A program made the translations under genes and the position numbers. From positions 1-64,000 of the IMG/VR virus record IMGVR_UViG_3300007511_001983: a DNA stretch of 64,000 nt; one strand, 5' to 3'. Under the pieces are notes generated by a model. The model ran no database searches, was not told the DNA's origin, and saw only the letters and a list, made by a program, of their open reading frames with translations. This document shows positions 1 through 9,485 of this stretch, in pieces (the stretch's first letter is position 1; every line of letters starts with the position of its first letter). The stretch comes from an uncultured virus (IMG/VR IMGVR_UViG_3300007511_001983) (lineage: Duplodnaviria > Heunggongvirae > Uroviricota > Caudoviricetes).

Positions 1-2
1 AG

Positions 3-1766
3 CCATTTGAAAAAATGGATGGTCAAAATATTAATTTCACGGTTGACTCCGATGACAACATTCGACTAGCTCGAAACAAAGGAAACATCCAGGCAGGCGG
101 CTTAAGCACAGCTGAATATTCTGCAATGTGGAAAGATCATCCAGCACAAGAGTCATTTATGCGAGGATTCGAGGCAATCCAAGCAGTGCTCAGAGTCTTG
201 TCAAGCGAAGAGAAGCAATCTTTATTCGCCACCGGCAATAGATATCAAAACGCGGAGATCGTCTATCCCGAGGGAAAAAATATCATCAAGTACGATGCAC
301 CAATGATCCGTCTTCATGAGGCTGCAATCCTATTTGATCGTGAATCTGGATTGCAGGTTGAAAACGACCGCGAGGCTTTTGCAGTAGCAAAGAAGCTGGG
401 TGATATCATCGGTCATCTTAAAGTGGCAGTTCGAGGAGAAGAATGGCAAATCAGGAAGCCCAACAATGTAGTTCTTAACGTAATCAATCGGACTCATTTT
501 GAGACTGCTGCAAGCCGCTTAGAAACGCTAGCCGGCTACTACGTTACTCGCCCAATCTCTGACTGGGTTGAAAGCAAGATCAGGCCCGATCTTTTGCAGC
601 AAGGGCTAAATGAAAATGTCATCAATCATGTAGTCAATGCCATGCTGCGCAAGCAAGGTGCAATGACAGCTGTTCAAATCAAGAAGTTAGTTCCAAAAGA
701 TCAAAAGTCAATTGTGTCTCAATACGCAACAAAGTTGACTGCAGCTAAAAGAATCAAAGAGAAGACTGCAGATATCGAGATGATCATTAACGATTTCGCA
801 ATGGAGCTGCTAAGAGACATTCCCTCTGAGTTCGTTAATAATCACAACATCGAAGTTCAGAGAATACAAAGAGAATTACAGCAGTCAATTACGACACTAC
901 AACATGCAGCATCAGCCGGTGACATGTCTGCCAGGGACTTGCTAAGCAAACAAATGCCAAAGCTGGGAAGTGTATCAAAATTAACTTCATCGCTTGAAGG
1001 CATTGTATTTCAATATCCGAAAAACTCAGGCAGAATCTATAAGCTCACCGGTGCCTTTGCAATGACCAACCAGCTAATTGGGCGCGCAACCAGGATGAAT
1101 GTGCCGTCTGGCCCACTGGACAAAACAAAAGCTGCTTCTCAAAAGATTGCACTAATCCCAATGTCGGCCAAGCCCTATCACAAAGGTCATCATATGCAGG
1201 TTCGGCATGCATCGGCAACTTGTGATCATGTATATGTCTATGTTTCCCCTACAGACAGACAAAGAAAAGGAGAGCTCCCCGTCTTTGCCTCAAGCTTGAA
1301 GACATACTGGAGAGATCATATTATTCCAAGCTTGCCCGATAATGTAACTGCAATCACTACGGGATATTCTATGTTTGGCCTGAACCATCACCCGTTAGCA
1401 TCACCCGTGTCAGCTGTATACGCCCACCTTGAGTCTGCAGAATCTGCGGGAAGCAACAATACTTTCTACATATACTCAGATGAAAAAGATACAGGCAATG
1501 CATTCCCAGAAAAAAGCGTAATCAAAAGCGCATCATCATTGCATGCAAATAAGCAAATCAAGTTCCCGGGAGTCGAAGACAAAAATAGCTTGCCCAGAGT
1601 TGCCAGCGGTACAGAAGTCAGAAAAGCAGTGTCAGATAACAACTTTGATACATTCAGAAGCTTAATTCCCGATTTTATGTCAACCAAAGACAAACGAAGT
1701 CTGTTCACGATCCTCAGAATGCCAGAATCAAAAATGGGAAATCTAATGCCAATTTCAATGGGATAG
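3..1766 (+). CDS. 5'-truncated nucleotidyltransferase fusion: RNA-ligase-like (KxDG) N-domain plus C-terminal HxGH cytidylyltransferase-like domain
   Basis: Frame is open from nt 3 (PFEKMDGQN = ligase motif I KxDG); EGIV...YKLTG resembles motifs IV/V; C-terminal PMSAKPYHKGH and SGTEVR fit the HIGH/HxGH superfamily. Confidence 0.6.
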   Translation, partial: PFEKMDGQNINFTVDSDDNIRLARNKGNIQAGGLSTAEYSAMWKDHPAQESFMRGFEAIQAVLRVLSSEEKQSLFATGNRYQNAEIVYPEGKNIIKYDAPMIRLHEAAILFDRESGLQVENDREAFAVAKKLGDIIGHLKVAVRGEEWQIRKPNNVVLNVINRTHFETAASRLETLAGYYVTRPISDWVESKIRPDLLQQGLNENVINHVVNAMLRKQGAMTAVQIKKLVPKDQKSIVSQYATKLTAAKRIKEKTADIEMIINDFAMELLRDIPSEFVNNHNIEVQRIQRELQQSITTLQHAASAGDMSARDLLSKQMPKLGSVSKLTSSLEGIVFQYPKNSGRIYKLTGAFAMTNQLIGRATRMNVPSGPLDKTKAASQKIALIPMSAKPYHKGHHMQVRHASATCDHVYVYVSPTDRQRKGELPVFASSLKTYWRDHIIPSLPDNVTAITTGYSMFGLNHHPLASPVSAVYAHLESAESAGSNNTFYIYSDEKDTGNAFPEKSVIKSASSLHANKQIKFPGVEDKNSLPRVASGTEVRKAVSDNNFDTFRSLIPDFMSTKDKRSLFTILRMPESKMGNLMPISMG

Positions 1767-1794
1767 ATATTTATCTTCAGAGGCGGAGATAGAT

Positions 1795-2298
1795 ATGTAC
1801 GATTTTTTAGAATCCCATATGTGGGTTACATACTCACTAACAATGACAATGCTATTCCTTGGATTGCTTAAGACAAAGCTGCTTCACGGGCTCAAGCCCA
1901 TCATTATTGAGGGCAGCAAAATCCCAGCAATACTTTCATATATTGCTCCGCTCACAATCGGAGCCATCTCAATATTCCCATTCGTAATTGCGAGAGCCCC
2001 AAAAGGCACAATGTCTGAGACAACTCGACGACATGAGACAATACACTTCCACCAGACGATGGAGCTATTAATAGTCGGAATGCTAGCAATCTATTTGTAT
2101 GACTATTTTGTCGGGCTAATCAAATATAGAAACGATTGGGAAGGACAAAACAACTCCAGAGGTTGGCCGTATTTATCTGCAGGAAATAAGGCATATCATA
2201 GAACCCGCGCAGAGCAAGAAGCATATGAGTCAGAAGACATTGAGGATTACCTCGTTAATCGCAAACGCTGGGCATGGATCAAAAAATACAAGGTGTAA
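1795..2298 (+). CDS. Membrane-associated HExxH (zincin-like) hypothetical protein
   Basis: RHETIHFHQ and downstream EQEAY; hydrophobic segments; SD GGAG. Confidence 0.5.
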   Translation: MYDFLESHMWVTYSLTMTMLFLGLLKTKLLHGLKPIIIEGSKIPAILSYIAPLTIGAISIFPFVIARAPKGTMSETTRRHETIHFHQTMELLIVGMLAIYLYDYFVGLIKYRNDWEGQNNSRGWPYLSAGNKAYHRTRAEQEAYESEDIEDYLVNRKRWAWIKKYKV

Positions 2299-2321
2299 AT
2301 CGCACCAAGCTGCTGTATAAT
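2293..2321 (+). promoter_or_regulatory. sigma70-like promoter GTGTAA-17-TATAAT
   Basis: Motif recurs at several gene boundaries in the window. Confidence 0.6.
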
Positions 2322-2370
2322 ATAAATGATTCAATAAAGGGGTCAGAATACGGAGTCGACGTTATGTCGA

Positions 2371-2778
2371 GTGTACTATAAATTAAAAGCCATTGCTCAG
2401 AATTATTCTGAAAATGCACACAATTACAACATCTCAGCATGCGTCACAGTAGGCAAGACGAGGTTCTACGGCTGGAACAGCTATGACACTCATCCATTTG
2501 CCAAGCGTGAGCTCAAGTGTTCATCTACTGGCGAGAGCGTGGTAAGTTATTGCTACCATGCTGAGGTTCATGCACTTCAAAAGGCACTGAGGTTCACGCA
2601 GAAAATGAAATCCGCTGATATTGCGGTAGCAAGAGTTCTGGCAGATGGAAGCTTTACAATGGCAAAGCCCTGTGAACACTGCCAGGGTAAAATGAGAGAT
2701 ATTGGCATCAATCCATCAAAGATCAAGTATACGAATTGGGATGGAAACTTTGTTACGCTTAATTCGTATGAGTGTTGA
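2371..2778 (+). CDS. Zinc-dependent cytidine/adenosine deaminase-family protein
   Basis: HAE...AKPCEHC motifs. Confidence 0.75.
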   Translation: MYYKLKAIAQNYSENAHNYNISACVTVGKTRFYGWNSYDTHPFAKRELKCSSTGESVVSYCYHAEVHALQKALRFTQKMKSADIAVARVLADGSFTMAKPCEHCQGKMRDIGINPSKIKYTNWDGNFVTLNSYEC

Positions 2779-2804
2779 AAATCTACAAATCTCCTGGTTA
2801 TAAT
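2775..2804 (+). promoter_or_regulatory. sigma70-like promoter of dnaE-N (TTGAAA-18-TATAAT)
   Basis: TTGAAA 2775-2780, TATAAT 2799-2804. Confidence 0.55.
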
Positions 2805-2842
2805 CAAATACAAATCACTTATAAAGTGGGAAGGTAAATAAT

Positions 2843-4558
2843 TTGTCACATTCAGATACGAAAGGAGACTTCGGAAGCTTTGTGCGCCCCAATCGATTCG
2901 TCGGTTTACACGGGCACTCAGGCTTCTCGTAGTCGACTTACGACGGACTCGGCTACCCAGCTCAGCATATTGACTTCGTTCTTGACAACGGGATGGATTC
3001 ATGGGCTCTAACAGATCATGGACACGGATCAGGCCTCGCCCACGCCCGGAAGCACTTTTTAAAAATGCAAAAGGCCGGCCGCAAGTATCGGCAGGTATAC
3101 GGTGTTGAGTTCTACTTCGTCGAGGATCTCGATGTTTGGAAGCAAAACTACCTGGGTCACAAAGAAAAAGTCAAGGCTGAGAGAGATGCAAAGAAAGCTG
3201 AGAAGCTTGCAACAACCGATCTAAGCTCTGACAATGAAGATGATCTCAAATCTGAAGGACACACCATTGAGAATGAGGAGGAGTCAAAAGGCGGAGGTAA
3301 GGGGAAACCCGAATGGATGCGCCGCTATCACCTCGTAATCACTGCAAGAAACGCAGCAGGCCTAGCCAATCTTTTCACGCTAGTAAAGAGAGGATACACC
3401 GACGGCTTCTATCGGTTCCCACGAATTGACTTCAAGCTTCTCAAGCAATACAGCGAAGGTCTAACTGTAAGCTCAGCATGCATTGGCGGAATTACCGCAG
3501 GACGAACATTCCAGCAATTCCCGGGCGTTGATTTCATGGATCTTAAGCCTGATTTGCTAGATGACCCGTCAAAGATGAAGAATCTGATGGGTGTGCTCGG
3601 AAACATAACAGATCGGTTTGTCGATGCAGTAGGACAAGACAACTTCTTCTATGAGCTGCAGTTCAATAAGCTCCCAGCCCAGCATCTATCTAACCGTGCG
3701 CTTCTCGAACTACACGATCAGACGGGAATCGGGCTTATCACCACATGTGACTCCCACTATCCCGGCAAAGAATTATGGGAAGCCCGGGAGCTATATAAGA
3801 AGCTAGGCTGGATGGGAAATGATCCGTCACCTTTGCCGAAGTTCGACGAGCTAAAGTGTGAGCTTTATCCAAAAAATGCCTCAGAGGTGTGGGATGAGTT
3901 CGACCGCGACTGGCATGCCTATGACTTTTACAAAGGCAGGGAAGAGCTTATTAGAGATAGTGTAGAGAGGACACACGATATTGTCTGGGATCGTTATGAA
4001 GATGTATGGGTCGACTCTAAGGCTAAGCTACCAAACTATGCTGTGCCTCAAAAGGGACATGCATGCTATCCTGAGGCACCCAAAGATACACCCTTTCAGC
4101 AGCTTGGAAAGCTTGTAAAAGCAGCAATGATCAGTCATGATATGGCCGAAAAACCTGAGTATGTTGCGAGGATCAAAGAAGAGCTAGCTGACATTAAGTT
4201 CCTCGGATTTGAAAACTACTTCCTGACAATGTATGATGTTTTCCACTTGGCCGAGAAGAAAACTCTCTTTGGGCCTGGCCGCGGCTGCTTTTTACCTGAT
4301 ACACGTGTAAAAATGTCCGACGGATTAATGAACACAATTGAAGCAATTTCTCCCGGTGATCACGTAATTGACGCATACGGAGAAAGTCAAGAGGTTATAA
4401 AGAAGTTTGTATATGATATCGAGGAAGATATTGTTGAGCTTGAATTTGATGATGGTATCGTAATTAAGTGCACAGTAGATCATAAGTTCTTGACGTCAAA
4501 TCGAGGATGGGTTGAGGCTCAAAACTTAAGCGACGAAGATGTTATTGTTGATGTTTGA
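2843..4558 (+). CDS. dnaE: DNA polymerase III alpha, N-terminal half (PHP domain) ending in split-intein IntN; in-frame TAG at 2930-2932
   Basis: TTG 2843 with SD GGAAGG; FVGLHGHSGFS*STYDG, ALTDHG, GVEFY, DSHY, GPGRG then intein CFLPDT; the ORF track starts at 2993 only because of the TAG. Confidence 0.9.
4286..4555 (+). other. Split intein N-fragment (90 aa) of DnaE
   Basis: Block A CFLPDTRV, block B CTVDHKFLT, GWVEAQNL, then stop. Confidence 0.9.
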
Positions 4559-4619
4559 TATTTATAAATAGTTTAGTTATTCGACCCGGCCCGATATACT
4601 TATATTGAGAGGGCAAAAT

Positions 4620-5567
4620 ATGAAAACTCGAAAAACACTTTCAAAAGAAAACAAAAAATATATTGACAAACTTCTAGCAGGCAATGACCAGATGTTTATT
4701 AGTCAAGAGATGCTCGAAGTCATTAAGAAAGAAACTGGCCTGACAAGAATGGCGATAAAGCACCAGATATATGATCTTGAATTTGATTATAATTTTGGGT
4801 ATTCATGGGGTGAGTTTGATAACAAGACACCCGGAAAGGCACGAGTTTATTTTAGATGCAAGACGTGTAATTGCAAATACAGCATGTTAGCGATCAAGCT
4901 TAGAGGACGAACGTATAGCAACGACCCGATATGCCCAGATCACTATGCTAAGATTGTGACTTCGTCAAAAGTGTGGCGAGAAAAGAATAGAAGTGCACAG
5001 CTTGTTTCGCAAAATTTACCAGAGGCAAAAGAGAAGCAACGAGTTTCACAACTTCGACGACATGCACAGCCCGGAATGAAAGAAAAATATCGCCAGATCG
5101 GCTTAACACTGTGGAAAGATCCGGAGTATGCAAAAAGAGTATCAAGCTCACTTCGAGAAAAATGGAAAGATCCGGAGTATGCAAACAAGGTGATGAATAA
5201 CTCAAAGCAACAATATCATGGTAGCTACAGCGGAATGAGGTATCAAAGCTTAATTGAACTATCTTTTATTCTGTGGATGGTTAGTGTAAAAAGAAATATT
5301 GGGCGTTATAATCTAGAGGGAATAAAATGGGATGGAAACAGAAGCTATTATCCTGATTTTATTGTTGATGGAAATCTAATAGTTGAAGTCAAGGGGACCT
5401 TAAAGGGATTTATGTATCAAAGAGAAGACGAGATAAAGAGAAAGCAATCTGCTTTAATAGAGTGGTGCAAAGACAGAAAATATGAGCAAAGAATTGTTGT
5501 AAAGAAAGACATACCGAAAGAATTCTACGAGAAGGCAAGGAAAGTGCATGACAAAATTAATCTCTAA
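4620..5567 (+). mobile_element. Free-standing homing endonuclease (PD-(D/E)xK, TnsA-like) between dnaE halves
   Basis: YYPDFIV...IVEVKG; CxxC; WKDPEYA repeats; lies between IntN and IntC. Confidence 0.75.
5112..5185 (+). repeat. 23-bp exact direct repeat (TGGAAAGATCCGGAGTATGCAAA x2) encoding WKDPEYA
   Basis: Copies at 5112-5134 and 5163-5185. Confidence 0.85.
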
Positions 5568-5655
5568 AAAGCTTGTTCCGTATGATGGAAAAGTAATTGA
5601 CCTATGTGTTGAAAATTCACACACGTATAACGTTGAAGGAAAAGCAGTTCACAAT
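5548..5655 (+). other. Split intein C-fragment (36 aa) of DnaE
   Basis: Blocks F/G ending HN, followed by Ser+1. Confidence 0.9.
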
Positions 5656-8166
5656 TCAGGCGCCGGCAGTTTAGTCAATTACTTGCTAGGAATCACGCAG
5701 ATTGACCCGATTCCATACGGTCTACTTTGGAGTCGATTCCTCGGCAGACACAGGACATCGTGGCCGGATATCGACTCGGATGCAGGAGATCGAGATGCAC
5801 TCATTGATGCCGCCCGAGAGCTGTTTGGTAATGATGCTGTTATTCCCGTAAGCAACTTTAATACACTCAAGCTAAAGTCAATTGTCAAGGATGTTGCTAA
5901 GTTCTATGATGTTCCTTTTCAAGAGGTAAATATCGTCACAGGACCATTACAAGCTGACGTAGAGCCTCATGCTCGAGATGCTAATACTGAGAAGTCGGTA
6001 TTCGTTTTGACCCACGAGGATTGCATGAAGTATTCAGAGAAATATCTTGCTTTCATGACGAAATATCCGCATGTAGAAGATCATGTGAGCACGTTGTTTA
6101 TGGAGCAAAAATCAATTGGCCGTCATGCAGGCGGTGTTCTTATTGCAGATGCACGTGAGCTTGAGAAGACAATCCCACTAATCTCAGTTCGAGGTGACTT
6201 GCAAACTCCGTGGACTGAGGGAATGAACTTCAGAAACCTCGAAGATAATGGGTTCATTAAGTTTGATTTCCTCGGACTCACACTGATGAAAGATGTGGAA
6301 AATTGTATCCGAAGAATCCTCATTAAAGACGGGCAAAAGAATCCATCGTTTATGGATATCAAGGAATTCTTTGATAAAAACTTGAATTGTCGTACTATTA
6401 AGCAAGATGATCCAAGGGTATGGGAGAATGTATATCACCAAAAGAACTTTGCCCCAGGCATCTTTCAGTTTACTGCGCAAGGAGCTCGAAACTTCTGTAT
6501 GCAAGCTAAGCCTGAAAACATTGAGGAGCTCGGTGCAATCACAGCAATTTATCGACCGGGCCCACTGAAGGCAAATGTTCATATTGATTATGTCGCAGCA
6601 AAGAACGACCGAGACAATATCGTGTATGACCACCCAGTGATTGAGAAGATCCTCGGTGCAACTTGTGGATTCATCACGTTTCAAGAGCAGTTCATGACTT
6701 TGGCAGTGGAACTAGCAGGATTTACGCCCGGCGAATCTGATAAAATGCGTAAGACGCTGGTGAAGAAGTCGCTTGACACAATCGGCAAAAAAGGTTCAGA
6801 ACGTGATGCATTGCGCAAGAAGTTTGTTGAAGGTGCTGAGAGATTACATGATCTAGATCCGAAAATCACACATGCACTCTTCGACAAGATCGAGTTCTTC
6901 AGCCTGTATGGGTTTAATAAATCACATGCTATCTCTTACGCAATTGACAGTTACTACGCAGCATGGCTCTTTACTTATCACCCCAATGAGTGGATTGCAG
7001 CTGTTCTTCAATCTGAAAATGGAAGCCCGAAAAATCTGTCAAAAGCAATCCGCGAGGCAAAGGTTCTTGACTTCAAGTTCGAACAGTCAGACATCAACTA
7101 CTCGGGCATTGAGTGGGAATTTAACTATGAAAAGAACGCATTCATTCCGCCGCTAACCTCCATCAAAGGTTTGGGAAAGACGGCGATGGCAGAACTGATT
7201 AAGCATAGACCCTATGCGTCAGTCAAAGATCTGTTCTTTAATAAGCGCGGTGAATGGCGATTCTCAAAGGCAAATAAGACAACCTTCGGAGCGCTATGTC
7301 AAATTGAGGCATTCTCATCACTTGACGAGCTTGAAAGCGGAGATATTGAAAATCACCGACAGCTTTATCACTTGATTGTGGACAATTACGATAAAATCAA
7401 AAAAGCAAATGATGGAAAACAAAAGTGGTTGGATAAGCTTCCTGTCCTCGCTGAAAAAAATTATGAGGAGGTCAAAAAGATTATCAAGGTATTCGAAAAA
7501 TACAAGAATGAAGACACTGCATTAAAAATGAAGGCAGTTGTTGAAGATTCAAATGTCATGGATTGGAACTATATTGACAATCTTTCATCTGAGCTTAGGG
7601 TATACGAGCACAATCAGCCTCGACGACAGCTGCAAGTCGACAGATGCTTCACCCGCCTAGAAGAGAACACTGTAAAAAGAGATAAAATCTTAGATAGGCT
7701 TGATCAATATTTCGATCTCAAAGAAGCAATCAAGGATTATGAAGATATCGAAGACTGGGCAAGAGATGAAAAGATTCGGCTATATCAAGAGATCACGTCA
7801 GCAATCAATAACGAGCTTGTATTTCCGTCTGAAGTAATGGATAGAATCACGAGGACTGATATGCCGTCAGTATGTGAAATTGAGGGCGGCCAAAAGGCTG
7901 TGGCATGGGGTTGCATCGCCGAGGTTCAAAAGAAGAAGACGAAAAAGGGAAAAGATTTCTATCGTCTCAGAATGATCGATGAGCAAAACCGAAATTGCTG
8001 GCTCAGGGTTTGGGGTAAGTTCTTTGATTGGGGCGAAGAAAGAGGGCAGAAGGTTTATTATGAACCCCCTTCATTCTCTTATTGGTTGATGGAAGTTGAC
8101 GTCGATCCGAATTGGGGAGCATCTACTGCAGCATGGAAAATGAGAAGGATACCTCTTGTTGATTAA
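5548..8166 (+). CDS. dnaE: DNA polymerase III alpha, C-terminal half starting with split-intein IntC
   Basis: VIDLCVENSHTYNVEGKAVHN|SGAGSLV; PDIDSD catalytic motif, GRHAGG, KFDFLGL, IFQF, YRPGP, YGFNKSHA. Confidence 0.93.
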   Translation: MTKLISKKLVPYDGKVIDLCVENSHTYNVEGKAVHNSGAGSLVNYLLGITQIDPIPYGLLWSRFLGRHRTSWPDIDSDAGDRDALIDAARELFGNDAVIPVSNFNTLKLKSIVKDVAKFYDVPFQEVNIVTGPLQADVEPHARDANTEKSVFVLTHEDCMKYSEKYLAFMTKYPHVEDHVSTLFMEQKSIGRHAGGVLIADARELEKTIPLISVRGDLQTPWTEGMNFRNLEDNGFIKFDFLGLTLMKDVENCIRRILIKDGQKNPSFMDIKEFFDKNLNCRTIKQDDPRVWENVYHQKNFAPGIFQFTAQGARNFCMQAKPENIEELGAITAIYRPGPLKANVHIDYVAAKNDRDNIVYDHPVIEKILGATCGFITFQEQFMTLAVELAGFTPGESDKMRKTLVKKSLDTIGKKGSERDALRKKFVEGAERLHDLDPKITHALFDKIEFFSLYGFNKSHAISYAIDSYYAAWLFTYHPNEWIAAVLQSENGSPKNLSKAIREAKVLDFKFEQSDINYSGIEWEFNYEKNAFIPPLTSIKGLGKTAMAELIKHRPYASVKDLFFNKRGEWRFSKANKTTFGALCQIEAFSSLDELESGDIENHRQLYHLIVDNYDKIKKANDGKQKWLDKLPVLAEKNYEEVKKIIKVFEKYKNEDTALKMKAVVEDSNVMDWNYIDNLSSELRVYEHNQPRRQLQVDRCFTRLEENTVKRDKILDRLDQYFDLKEAIKDYEDIEDWARDEKIRLYQEITSAINNELVFPSEVMDRITRTDMPSVCEIEGGQKAVAWGCIAEVQKKKTKKGKDFYRLRMIDEQNRNCWLRVWGKFFDWGEERGQKVYYEPPSFSYWLMEVDVDPNWGASTAAWKMRRIPLVD

Positions 8167-8347
8167 AGTTGGTGACTTGGTAAAAATTATAAAAGTATCA
8201 ACAGTTGATGATACTCATCTAGGAAAAATAGGAGTATTGATAGTGAATAAGGGCGTTGACAATAGTGGGTATCCACTGGATAAGATTCTTGTTAATGGTG
8301 AAAAGATAAGTATATACCCAGATGGTTACGAGGTAATAGATGATTAA
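8156..8347 (+). CDS. Small KOW/SH3-like protein
   Basis: IKVGDLVKI...GKIGVL; same pattern as the 52-61 kb array. Confidence 0.55.
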   Translation: MLIKVGDLVKIIKVSTVDDTHLGKIGVLIVNKGVDNSGYPLDKILVNGEKISIYPDGYEVIDD

Positions 8348-9248
8348 GTTTCCGATAAACAAGATCTTCATCGAAGGCCCAGACCTTTCTGGTAAGTCAT
8401 CATTATATAGGTCAATTCATGAGAAATCAAAGTTCAAATGGAACATCGATGACAGATCAACGTTATCAATGTGTGTGTATGCAAACCAGTATGACCGAGA
8501 TGACTTCTATCTCCGCCAGAATCTAAGTTTAGAGCTTTCAAACCTGAACAATCACCTCGTGTTACTACTGCCAGATCTCGGCGTCATTCATGATAGATTT
8601 CTGGATCGCGGCGACGAGTTTCAAGATGCTGATTCATTAGTCGATCTTCACCATAGGTTTGCTAAAGAGTTTGAAAAGGTTTGCATGTTGCCAAACGTTC
8701 ATGCATTCACTTCCGGGACTGCTGAAGAGCAAGCATCAAAAGTCATTGAAAATCTTTGTGAGTGGGAAGCAAGAACACCCAGGCAGATCGGAAAGCTGGT
8801 AAATGAGTTTGCAAAGTTCTCACCCAATCGTGAATGCACCACAATGCAGTTTCACTTCTACGACGACGGGACATTCGAAGGAGTCAATGACAATATTGAG
8901 TTCACGCCCGGCGAAGAAGTATATTACGCCAAAATCCGCGGTAAGCTCATAGGAAAAATTGAGGATGAACTAGCAGGATTAAACTCATATATGCGCAAGG
9001 AAACCAAAACATCCCGAAGGTTCGTATTCGCAGGTGACGACTGCATATCATTTATTCAGGTGCTAGTCAGAGATGGATTAATGGATGTGCACTCAGTATT
9101 CAGGTCGTCAGATACCCAAAGAAAAACTGCAACTGACATTCAGCTCATTCATTACCTAGGCAGAGAGGCCGCCAAAATACTCAGATTGAACACAGATGAC
9201 TATCGATTCCGATTCCGATTTAACATAAACAGTGCACACGTAATATAG
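8340..9248 (+). CDS. dNMP kinase fused to a thymidylate-synthase-fold (dCMP hydroxymethylase-like) domain
   Basis: P-loop IEGPDLSGKSS and DR; C-terminal SRR, DCISFIQ, FRSSD...D, SAHV. Confidence 0.7.
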   Translation: MIKFPINKIFIEGPDLSGKSSLYRSIHEKSKFKWNIDDRSTLSMCVYANQYDRDDFYLRQNLSLELSNLNNHLVLLLPDLGVIHDRFLDRGDEFQDADSLVDLHHRFAKEFEKVCMLPNVHAFTSGTAEEQASKVIENLCEWEARTPRQIGKLVNEFAKFSPNRECTTMQFHFYDDGTFEGVNDNIEFTPGEEVYYAKIRGKLIGKIEDELAGLNSYMRKETKTSRRFVFAGDDCISFIQVLVRDGLMDVHSVFRSSDTQRKTATDIQLIHYLGREAAKILRLNTDDYRFRFRFNINSAHVI

Positions 9249-9260
9249 GTAGAACACACT

Positions 9261-9485
9261 ATGATCAACGGAAAGCATATTAACATTGATGAGCTCAAGT
9301 GGTATAAACTAGAGCGAGGAAGACATAGATCACAGCTTGTCATAAATATAGACAAGATTGTTGAGTGTATTAATAATGATTGCTGGTCAGCTGATCTAAA
9401 AGCAGCACTAGCCCAAGCACAATATGCATATGACTCTGCGTCTTTTACAGAATATAAAATAGAACTATTAGAGGACAAAGATTGA
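9261..9485 (+). CDS. Hypothetical protein
   Basis: In operon; overlaps next start. Confidence 0.5.
   Translation: MINGKHINIDELKWYKLERGRHRSQLVINIDKIVECINNDCWSADLKAALAQAQYAYDSASFTEYKIELLEDKD

Noticed and set aside
2352..2373. Small hairpin TCGAC-GTTAT-GTCGA between GGAG and the GTG start
   Set aside because: A 5-bp stem can arise by chance and has no second example
2930..2932. Genome-wide TAG reassignment (code 15) or amber suppression as the explanation for the dnaE stop
   Set aside because: TAG ends genes at natural boundaries (1766, 9248, 11603, 18811, 39174); long genes have no internal TAG; no CUA tRNA in the window; readthrough would add 2 residues to a fixed-length motif
5112..5185. 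Direct repeat as a mini-CRISPR
   Set aside because: Only two in-frame copies encoding a peptide repeat; no array or cas genes seen in the window
4559..5547. Group I intron as the interruption in dnaE (and guaB)
   Set aside because: Both flanks carry intein blocks with their own stop and start; the endonuclease ORFs fill the gaps, leaving little room for a ribozyme core
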